Of a DNA stretch of 64,000 nucleotides, positions 56,089-63,122 are shown in pieces. The first letter of the stretch is position 1. Each line of letters starts with the position of its first letter. Where the stretch lies: assembly GCA_902625885.1 (NCBI GenBank), contig CACODE010000002.1, positions 8,454 through 72,453 of the forward strand. The letters run 5' to 3'. This DNA comes from an uncultured Candidatus Poseidoniales archaeon. GTDB taxonomy: Archaea > Thermoplasmatota > Poseidoniia > Poseidoniales > Poseidoniaceae. Below the pieces are notes generated by a model that ran no database searches, was not told where the DNA came from, and was given only the letters and a program-made list of their open reading frames with translations. Made by a program: the position numbers and the translations under genes.

Positions 56089-56385
56089 ATGGACATCTTT
56101 TCGATTATTGTATTCGTAGTATGTGTCCTTGTTGTTAGAGCAAAGGTGTTCAATGGTTATTTTGTTGAGAGGCAGTTTAACCCAATTCAGCGTTTTTTGA
56201 TTTCATTTCTTCTTGGGATTATGATTGTGATTGTTGTGAATGTAGTTGGATTACTGATCGCAATTCTTGAGTTGGTGGGTGGAGATGATTACTTCAATAT
56301 TTTTTCAACTACATTGACTTTGACTGGCCTTTCCACCAGAGATATTGCTGCTAAAATTTCTAGTTTTTTGAAAACTAGCGACTGA
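56089..56385 (+). CDS. Small 3-TM membrane protein (cassette gene 1)
   Basis: 98-aa AT-rich ORF flanked by the 11-nt inverted repeat pair 56035-56045 / 56389-56399. Confidence 0.5.
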   Translation: MDIFSIIVFVVCVLVVRAKVFNGYFVERQFNPIQRFLISFLLGIMIVIVVNVVGLLIAILELVGGDDYFNIFSTTLTLTGLSTRDIAAKISSFLKTSD

Positions 56386-56388
56386 AAC

Positions 56389-56408
56389 TAAGCAGAGGGC
56401 CCCCTCTG
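56389..56408. repeat. Hairpin CAGAGGG-cc-CCCTCTG
   Basis: 7-bp stem and 2-nt loop, immediately after the stop of gene 56089..56385. Confidence 0.7.
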
Positions 56409-56449
56409 ATTAAATGGGTAGGCAAAGGGTACGGACTGATGACCCGTCT

Positions 56450-56470
56450 AATCAGAGGGACCCTCTGATT
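56450..56470. repeat. Perfect 21-nt palindrome AATCAGAGGG-A-CCCTCTGATT (likely bidirectional terminator)
   Basis: Lies between convergent genes and overlaps the stop codon of gene 56470..56730 by one nucleotide. Confidence 0.75.
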
Positions 56471-56730
56471 CACTCTGCGTCTTTCGCCTCTGCAATTTCT
56501 TCCTTCTCAACAACGGCGAGATAGTATGATGTTACGATGTTAAGCGCACCAAAAATAATCAAAATAAGACCGAGGAGGCGAGTATTAACAGCAACGAGTT
56601 CTGACAAGTTCGGATCATCAACAATATTCCCGAAAATTGGACTGTTCATCATGAAAGCAATGCCCATCACAATAAGGACAACCTTGCCCGCCAATTCGTT
56701 CACAAACCTCTTCAGGGCACTTTCCGACAT
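56470..56730 (-). CDS. Small 2-TM membrane protein (cassette gene 2)
   Basis: 86 aa. VVLIVMGIAFMMNSPIF and LLGLILIIFGALNIVTSYYLAVV segments, with an acidic C-terminus. Confidence 0.5.
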   Translation of the reverse strand: MSESALKRFVNELAGKVVLIVMGIAFMMNSPIFGNIVDDPNLSELVAVNTRLLGLILIIFGALNIVTSYYLAVVEKEEIAEAKDAE

Positions 56731-56835
56731 GTTTCATCCACAATGCACATGCATCATGAAGATATTGATGATGACCGAAAATTATCGTTGAGGCGAAAAT
56801 GTGGTGGTTTAAGCAGTAAATCAAAGGGTAAATGC

Positions 56836-56907
56836 ACAAACCCACTGCTCCGTTTTGACCCAATCAGAGGGCTTGCAGTGGGCTTTGTCATAGCCTACCC
56901 TCTGATT
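56836..56907. repeat. Nested inverted repeats upstream of the AIPR gene
   Basis: ACAAACCCACTGC (56836-48) pairs with GCAGTGGGCTTTGT (56875-88, one indel). AATCAGAGGG (56862-71) pairs with CCCTCTGATT (56898-907). Confidence 0.7.
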
Positions 56908-57044
56908 CGTACCAGTTTAATCAGTGTGTTGAACAATTATTTCAATGGCGAGGCCGCGCTCGTGACGGGATTCGCCGTCGATGAAGTCGCTGACTTTGGA
57001 CATGTAAATCCCAATTATGACGCTTATTTCAACACTTTGAGCAG

Positions 57045-57054
57045 AAATATAATT
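57045..57054 (+). promoter_or_regulatory. Candidate TATA box for the AIPR gene
   Basis: aaatataatt, 36-45 nt upstream of ATG 57090. Confidence 0.25.
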
Positions 57055-57089
57055 AGAATCATTGAATAACACGGCACCTATGCGATGTC

Positions 57090-59054
57090 ATGGATGTTGC
57101 AGAGTGCCAAGATTACTATCTTGAGTGGAGTGGCCATCATCGAGATGATGTCCCAGCACATATAGCCGCTGATAAAAAACAAAAAAGAGCACTCGAATGT
57201 ATGTTGATGCGAGATGTGATTTATTCTGAATTCGGTATCAGAATAGAATATGCAACTGCGCTGAACGATTTTCTTCGTTATGACGGACCAGGGGATGGAG
57301 GATGCGATGAGCATATCATCGATGATGTGGGCCAAAGAGTAATTTTAATCCAATCAAAAATGAGCGATATAGCTCCAGATGGTTCGTGGACAATGGACTA
57401 CCATATGGATGCGGGGGAGTTGAGCCGTATTGAAACATTTGTCGACAATATACTGGCAGGAACTGCCAAAACAGAGGTTTCGGCAGTACGAACAATCGCC
57501 GCTGGATCAACACGGGAAACTGAGTTGCACGACAGGATCGATCAAATTCATGCAGCCATTAATGGCGGATACGATGTATGTCTAGTTCAGTTGTGCTCTG
57601 GCACTTTTGCCGGACATTGGGAAGCAACCCAAAAACCTGCGATTGTAGCAAAAGGTTGGGATGGTCGCGCTATTGGTTTGGAAGATATCGCTCATTGTGC
57701 AACTGAAGCATTGCAATTAGATGCAACTGGTGGAGCACCAGACCCTATTACACTTAATTTCATCACATCTCATAGTTCAACTGATGACGATGATATTATT
57801 CACGGATTCATTACTGCCTCTTCTCTTGATTCTGCTGTATATCAGGAGGGGTGGAAACTAACGCGCCAAAATCTGCGTCATTTTAAGGGAACAAATGCAA
57901 CAGCAGCCAATTCTGGAATGGTGGAGACACTGAATAACTGTCCTGAAAAATTCCACTTATTTAACAATGGATTGCGGATTACGTGTAGTGCAATGGAAAA
58001 AATCCAGGATACCACAGAAGCAGGTGCTGCTGGGAACATCGATGTTGAAGAGTGGCAAATCGAGAATGCGCAAATCGTAAATGGGGGGCAAACTAGTTTC
58101 TCGATTCGAAGATATAACGGACCATCGAATCTTGTTGATGTCAAAATTGGTTGTGTCCTCATTAAGGAAGAAGATGAAGGGGTGTTGAGGAATATCGCTA
58201 GATATAGCAATACCCAAGAAGCGCTGGATGATTGGGACTTCCACGCAGATAGTGATGAATTACTGCTGTTGAAGGACAACATTGACTTAATTCAATTTGA
58301 TGTCTTGGGGCATCAAAAATCATTCTATTTTGATCAAAAATCAGGTGCCTTTGAATTCCTAAGTCCAGCAGAAAAACAACAATACAGGATCCAAAGAAAT
58401 GCTGGAAAGGCGATCCACTACCGGTTGCACCCTTCTGATTTCGCCAAAGCAAGTTTAGTGATTAATAGTGAGCCATCTGTTGCAAAATCTTCCGCTAAAA
58501 AATTTCACTCTACCAGTGCAACAGGAAGATATAATGATATTTTTGTTAACCAACCTTACTCGCCAAAACCTGTGCTCTACACAATGATTTTGCTTCATCG
58601 TTGTAAAGCACTATTGAAGACTCAAGTTGACGCTGGTGCTCCAGCATTCTACAATCAAGCGGTAGCGCACCTGTCAAGTCTGTTCCTAGACTTCATCCTT
58701 AAAATCTGCAACGATGATCTTGACGATTGGAACGACACAATAGAAGGATACTTCGATGCAATAGTGTGGCATGATGGTGCTCAGGGCAAAAAGATCAACC
58801 AACTCGGTTGTGAAAAATTTGATCTCTGGTTCAACACAATTATAGCAACATGGGGCGCACACATGCATGGTACTCATTCGGTCGCTTTACAAACTCCCAA
58901 CTCTTATTTCAACGGTGAAACCTCATACACCCATTGTAGCACTTGGTTGGATGCGTGGATAGTAGGCAACCAAGCAGCGCCACATCCACTTGCAGCTCAA
59001 CCCCAGTTTGCAGGACAAAACATGCAAGATGCAATTAATGCACAGTTTGTTTGA
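57090..59054 (+). CDS. AIPR-family abortive-infection phage-resistance protein
   Basis: 654 aa. N-terminal nuclease-like motif GDGGCDEHIIDD...VILIQSKM. Central NLRHFKGTNATAANSGMVETLNNCPEKFHLFNNGLRITC and IVNGGQTS match my recollection of the AIPR (PF10592) core (NNGITI, IVNG.QT). Confidence 0.75.
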   Translation: MDVAECQDYYLEWSGHHRDDVPAHIAADKKQKRALECMLMRDVIYSEFGIRIEYATALNDFLRYDGPGDGGCDEHIIDDVGQRVILIQSKMSDIAPDGSWTMDYHMDAGELSRIETFVDNILAGTAKTEVSAVRTIAAGSTRETELHDRIDQIHAAINGGYDVCLVQLCSGTFAGHWEATQKPAIVAKGWDGRAIGLEDIAHCATEALQLDATGGAPDPITLNFITSHSSTDDDDIIHGFITASSLDSAVYQEGWKLTRQNLRHFKGTNATAANSGMVETLNNCPEKFHLFNNGLRITCSAMEKIQDTTEAGAAGNIDVEEWQIENAQIVNGGQTSFSIRRYNGPSNLVDVKIGCVLIKEEDEGVLRNIARYSNTQEALDDWDFHADSDELLLLKDNIDLIQFDVLGHQKSFYFDQKSGAFEFLSPAEKQQYRIQRNAGKAIHYRLHPSDFAKASLVINSEPSVAKSSAKKFHSTSATGRYNDIFVNQPYSPKPVLYTMILLHRCKALLKTQVDAGAPAFYNQAVAHLSSLFLDFILKICNDDLDDWNDTIEGYFDAIVWHDGAQGKKINQLGCEKFDLWFNTIIATWGAHMHGTHSVALQTPNSYFNGETSYTHCSTWLDAWIVGNQAAPHPLAAQPQFAGQNMQDAINAQFV

Positions 59055-59385
59055 TAATAGTGAGATTTGTTCTTAAGAGAATCCTATGTGTTTCTCACAT
59101 TTCAAGTCTCGATATCTAGAAAGTCCTTGCACGCATCAATTGCTTGACGTTCATGTCGGCCATACCTTGGGACTTCGGCTATTTCTAAGATATCAATCGC
59201 GCTTAGATAACCAGAGTTATGAGTGGGTTAAGCAATAGTTTCAATGGATTTTCATTCGCCTCAAAGCGGGTGTGCAGTGACTACCGACTGCCAACCCTGT
59301 TTGGCAAAGGGGGGCCCTTTGCTAAGCTGGTAAAATGGACTGCTGCCTATACACGTTTTTTTTGCCTTTTTCTACTAAATACATC

Positions 59386-59395
59386 TATTTTAAAT
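59386..59395 (+). promoter_or_regulatory. Candidate TATA box for gene 59418..59900
   Basis: tattttaaat, 23-32 nt upstream of ATG 59418, suggesting a leaderless or short-leader transcript. Confidence 0.3.
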
Positions 59396-59417
59396 CAAAA
59401 CTGTGCATAGAAACTTT

Positions 59418-59900
59418 ATGTCAAGCTTAGGGTTCTTGGCAGATATTACCATAATTATTGTTGGTTTTATTTTACTCTACAAATTCCGTAAGCCGATTGC
59501 AAAACTATTTGCAAGAATTCCGCTCTCTGCAGTTTTTCTTGCTCCTCTTGTTTCGCTTCCGTTTATCTTTCTTGAAGAAACTATCAATTGTATGGATTCT
59601 GGCGACGGGCTCGGTTGTCGGATGACAACATGGATCAATGTTGTTCTTCTCATTCAAGTGTTTATTTTATGTCTGATTGTCCATAAGAAAAAAATGACTG
59701 ATATTAAGTGGCCATTATTCTGGTATGCGGTAATTGGAGTTATTTGGGAGATGACTCTTGGTGGATTATCTGTACTTGTTTTAACACTGAATCCCTTCAT
59801 GTTATTCATGGGTCCATATGTGATGGTGAGTTATGCGTTTTTAGCAGTAATTCCACTCACAATTGTGGTTTTACGTAATACTGTATATTCCGAAGATTAG
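59418..59900 (+). CDS. Five-TM membrane protein (cassette gene 4)
   Basis: AT-rich ORF. The track starts at GTG 59403; ATG 59418 (MSSLGFLADITIIIVGFILLY) is preferred. Confidence 0.5.
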   Translation: MSSLGFLADITIIIVGFILLYKFRKPIAKLFARIPLSAVFLAPLVSLPFIFLEETINCMDSGDGLGCRMTTWINVVLLIQVFILCLIVHKKKMTDIKWPLFWYAVIGVIWEMTLGGLSVLVLTLNPFMLFMGPYVMVSYAFLAVIPLTIVVLRNTVYSED

Positions 59901-59920
59901 TGATTAGTTTAGGGTCTTGT

Positions 59921-59945
59921 CAGAGGGTTTATCCGAATACCCATT
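59921..59945. repeat. Right terminal inverted repeat of the cassette
   Basis: cagagggtttatccgaatacccatt is the reverse complement of the left repeat at 23 of 25 positions. Confidence 0.7.
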
Positions 59946-59970
59946 ACTCTGGTATTAGCAAATCAAAGTA

Positions 59971-59989
59971 CTTGCAGTGGGTCTTGTCA
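59971..59989. repeat. 19-nt direct repeat copy, partner at 56872-56890
   Basis: cttgcagtgggtcttgtca versus cttgcagtgggctttgtca (17/19). In addition, gggtcttgtcaga occurs exactly twice, at 59912-59924 and 59979-59991. Confidence 0.65.
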
Positions 59990-60049
59990 GACGCTACTCT
60001 CGATGACGTATAGGAATACGAGGGGAGCCCTTGGAAACGAACCTTCTGC

Positions 60050-62890
60050 TCAATTCGCTTCCCAAAACGGGCTTTCTTTGCTCGTCTCTTCCTGCAGATC
60101 TCGGTCGTAGACCAAGTAGGTGGTGTCGTGCGTTTCAAAACGGTTGATGTCACCGACCTTATGCTGATGTTTGATTTTGCTGCTGGTGATTTTTTTGGTG
60201 AATTCGTTTCGGTGATCGGGAACGAGGCCGTTGAGGCGCTGGCCGTCAAATTCAGCCTCCTTCATCCAAACCTCCTCTTTGCTGTCGGCACGAAGTTCGA
60301 AGTCCACGCGTTGCTGCAAGGTGTAGCCGCCGTCAGAGAAGAGACGGAGGCTCCAAGGACCCTGTTCTTGGCCGGGGAGGGTGGCGTTGCTGACGTCAAT
60401 GTCTCTCAGGTAGCGCCAGCGGTCGCCGTGGTTGCGGTCGTCCGCATTCACCGGATACAGGCCCACCCAGGCATCGTTGTGCCCGGGAGGGTTGGTGATC
60501 TTGAATCGGACGGGTTGACGGTGGTTGAAGGACAGGACCTCAAGGTTCGGATTCGCATTGCTTGAGGCTCCAGTTTTCGCCACGGACGAGTGCCCTTCCT
60601 TGGACTTCATTCCTATCGTGGCGGTAAGAACTATCACTAGTGCGCCAATACTAAACATTACCGCACCCGGAATCAACATGGCGAGTCTGCCTTCGCCCGT
60701 GGATATGGATCCTATGATGAGAAGCGGTAAACCCATGATGACCAAGGTAATGCCAACGCCCGTGGCAGCGACCGCTCTTCTCTTGGAGGATGAGGAAGGC
60801 ATGGATTTGAATCCCATATTCAGGAGGGCGAACAGGCTAACAATGAACGTAAAGCCGCCTATACCCATGAATATGGCGCCGGGAATAAGCATCCCAAGGA
60901 CTTCCTTCTTCTCCTCGTTTTGAATCCACATCATGACCTCGCCACCATCGGAGTTTTGTGCCGTGATGGTGGTCGTGCCGGCCATGCAACCGTGGCATGC
61001 TCGTCCAATCTTGATGAGCTCTCTTCCATCGTGATAGCGCGATTCGGGCCAAGCGCCATCCATAGTGCTGCAGCCACTCCCCTCGTGTGCAGTTTCGAGA
61101 TAGAACACCTGTCGGGTTTCGTCTGGAGCGTTGACGCTCTGATACCCCGTCCACGGGTCAGACATCCAGCTTCCAGAGTGGGTGGCGTTCACGATGATGT
61201 TTTCACAGTGGTCATAGATGCCGTTTGAATTGAAATCGACGGCGCTCCCCTCGACATAAATTCCCCATCCTAAATCGCCTTGCCCGTCGCTGTCTTTGAT
61301 TTCCAAGGTTGCGGAGGTCATGCCGTCGCTGAGGCCCTCACCCAATCCGGCGATAAACAAAGGAACGCTCGGTGCGAGCAGAACCATACCGATGAACAAG
61401 GCGATTAATGCCGACCGCCGACTTGATTCCAGGATGGCTGGGTCAACCGGTTCAGGCGGCTTCACATCGAAGTCTTTCCGTTCGTGGAGGGCGTGCCCTC
61501 CGTTGGAGAACACCCGTATGCTCCAAGGGCCTGCTGCCCGCTTGGGGAACGACACGTTGTTGACATCGATGTTGCGAAGCCATTTCCATCGATGGTTTTC
61601 CGCTCCGTGGTCCTGGTCGCTGGCGTTTGGCGGGTAGATGCCGACCCACGCGTCGTGGTTGGTTGGAGGGTTGTTGATCTTGAAACGAACGGGTTTGTTG
61701 GCCACGGCTTCCAGAATTTCAATCGATTCCCTCGCTGATGATACCGCCTTGCTCGAGTGGATTTTATGCGCCGTGTGGATGGTGACATCTTTTCGTTGGA
61801 CCAGCGTGTATCCGCCGTCTGAAAAGACACGTATGCTCCAATCGCCAGCAGTCAACTCCCCGTTTGATAAGGATACGTTGTTAACGTCAACATCCCTAAT
61901 GTATTTCCACCGAGGAGGCGCCCCATGATCCTGATCGCTTGCACCCGTTGGATAGATGCCCACCCAAGCATCGTTGTGGCTTGGGGGATGGTTCAATTTG
62001 AAGCGGACAGGTTTACCCAGCACGGCTTCCAGCACCTGAATTGGTTCGCCTGAAGCAGACGTGGAGGTACGGCTTTTGTTGAGGTGCCGCTGAATTCGAG
62101 ACGCAGCGTCGGACGCTTGGTCGCCGTGCCTGACCGTTGGCGCGGGATGTGCGCCACCGGGTGCTCCCGGATGACCCCAGTCAACATTTTCCCATACGCC
62201 TTCACGCGGGGGAACACCGATCTTTCCACCGGTATGCGCAGCATAGAGAACCCCTGCTCTTGAGATGATCATCCACTTCCTCCACTCCGGGCGTTGATGG
62301 TAAGGACCGGTGTCTTGGAAAGCGATGAAAATCTCAGGGTTCTGAGTATGCTGGTAATGGCCGGCGATAGTGCTGAAGTGTCTATTCTCATGTTTGCCGG
62401 GCATGAACTCATAGTTCCCGTTCACTTCCGGACTTCCGGCTTGAGCGACGATTACATACGAGGGCATAGATGCTGTAGTTGTTGCAGGGTGTTGTTGACC
62501 TGTAGCGCCCTGCTGCACGAACTGGATGTCTTCCCAGCCCCCAGGGGGCGCATGGTCCCGGTTCCACTGTGCCGTGCCATCAGACTGCGCGCTCAGGTAC
62601 TTCCCGTGGCAGGACTTCAAACAGACCGTGTTGTTGCCACGGTCTTCAACGCTGAACTCCTCCCAGCCATTTGGCGGTGCCGATCGGCGATTGATTTGCA
62701 CGCTGCCGTCGGGCTGTGCTGAAACATACATGCCGTGGGCGCCCCTGAGGGTGATTTTACCGCCTGGCCGCTCCTCAACGTGGAAGTACTCCCACGCACT
62801 TGCAACAGGTCTGTTCCATTCAGCGCGCCCGTCAGGCTGTGCGCTCAGAAACTTCCCGTGTACGCTGCGAAGCGACACGATACCCGACAT
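60050..62890 (-). CDS. Large 4-TM protein: N-terminal fascin-like beta-trefoil, unassigned domain, three ~88-aa repeats, Cys-rich ectodomain
   Basis: 946 aa. Three ~40-aa trefoil repeats (LRSVHGKFLSAQPDGRAEWNR / LRGAHGMYVSAQPDGSVQINR / LKSCHGKYLSAQSDGTAQWNR). Repeats with PVRFK(L/I)(N/T)(H/N)PP..(N/H)DAWVG(I/L)YP...D..HG..(R/H)(W/R)(K/R/W)...(D/N)(V/I)DV.N..(L/F/T)...(D/G/P)(P)WS(I/L)R(V/L)FS(D/N)GG at aa 283-371, 389-476 and 782-865. TMs at about aa 493-516, 665-690, 708-729 and 736-760. Confidence 0.7.
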   Translation of the reverse strand: MSGIVSLRSVHGKFLSAQPDGRAEWNRPVASAWEYFHVEERPGGKITLRGAHGMYVSAQPDGSVQINRRSAPPNGWEEFSVEDRGNNTVCLKSCHGKYLSAQSDGTAQWNRDHAPPGGWEDIQFVQQGATGQQHPATTTASMPSYVIVAQAGSPEVNGNYEFMPGKHENRHFSTIAGHYQHTQNPEIFIAFQDTGPYHQRPEWRKWMIISRAGVLYAAHTGGKIGVPPREGVWENVDWGHPGAPGGAHPAPTVRHGDQASDAASRIQRHLNKSRTSTSASGEPIQVLEAVLGKPVRFKLNHPPSHNDAWVGIYPTGASDQDHGAPPRWKYIRDVDVNNVSLSNGELTAGDWSIRVFSDGGYTLVQRKDVTIHTAHKIHSSKAVSSARESIEILEAVANKPVRFKINNPPTNHDAWVGIYPPNASDQDHGAENHRWKWLRNIDVNNVSFPKRAAGPWSIRVFSNGGHALHERKDFDVKPPEPVDPAILESSRRSALIALFIGMVLLAPSVPLFIAGLGEGLSDGMTSATLEIKDSDGQGDLGWGIYVEGSAVDFNSNGIYDHCENIIVNATHSGSWMSDPWTGYQSVNAPDETRQVFYLETAHEGSGCSTMDGAWPESRYHDGRELIKIGRACHGCMAGTTTITAQNSDGGEVMMWIQNEEKKEVLGMLIPGAIFMGIGGFTFIVSLFALLNMGFKSMPSSSSKRRAVAATGVGITLVIMGLPLLIIGSISTGEGRLAMLIPGAVMFSIGALVIVLTATIGMKSKEGHSSVAKTGASSNANPNLEVLSFNHRQPVRFKITNPPGHNDAWVGLYPVNADDRNHGDRWRYLRDIDVSNATLPGQEQGPWSLRLFSDGGYTLQQRVDFELRADSKEEVWMKEAEFDGQRLNGLVPDHRNEFTKKITSSKIKHQHKVGDINRFETHDTTYLVYDRDLQEETSKESPFWEAN

Positions 62891-63122
62891 GATTTCTCCA
62901 CAACCATGCTGGATATGGGGTTTGTGTCAGGATTTGCATGTTCGATTCACCCGATATTACGATCTTTGCCGCACTCGGCCTATCCTCTACGGCGGGGTCC
63001 AATCTGACGGACACCGTTGAATTGACTGCAGCATGCTCAAAATGCCATCAAAACAGCCTTCTTCGTTGGTTTTGCGGCCATCATCGTTAATTAGCAAGTG
63101 AACGGACAGGTCATTGATTAAG

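Larger units (their letters stand above)
56017..59945. mobile_element. AT-rich ~3.9-kb cassette bounded by 25-nt imperfect inverted repeats; no recombinase gene (non-autonomous or relic element)
   Basis: Left end aatgggCattcggataGaccctctg (56017-56041). The reverse complement of 59921-59945 is aatgggTattcggataAaccctctg, a 23/25 match. The interior is visibly AT-rich: line 56101-56160 has 21 G+C of 60, against 36 of 60 in line 50401-50460. Confidence 0.55.

Noticed and set aside
56743-57069. 108-aa + strand ORF upstream of the AIPR gene, and the 81-aa minus ORF 56618..56863
   Set aside because: The first two-thirds of the 108-aa ORF run straight through the nested palindromes (56836-56907), so the full-length ORF is unlikely to be coding. 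Only its last ~46 codons might be a real small gene, as noted under the AIPR finding. The 81-aa ORF overlaps the better-supported 86-aa membrane gene.
59219-59410. 63-aa + strand ORF in the cassette spacer
   Set aside because: It has odd composition and spans a hairpin and a T-run. I treated the region as non-coding.
61296-62722. Several 80-145-aa ORFs on both strands inside the 946-aa gene
   Set aside because: They are alternative frames of a gene whose main frame shows three independent internal repeat systems and four TM segments.
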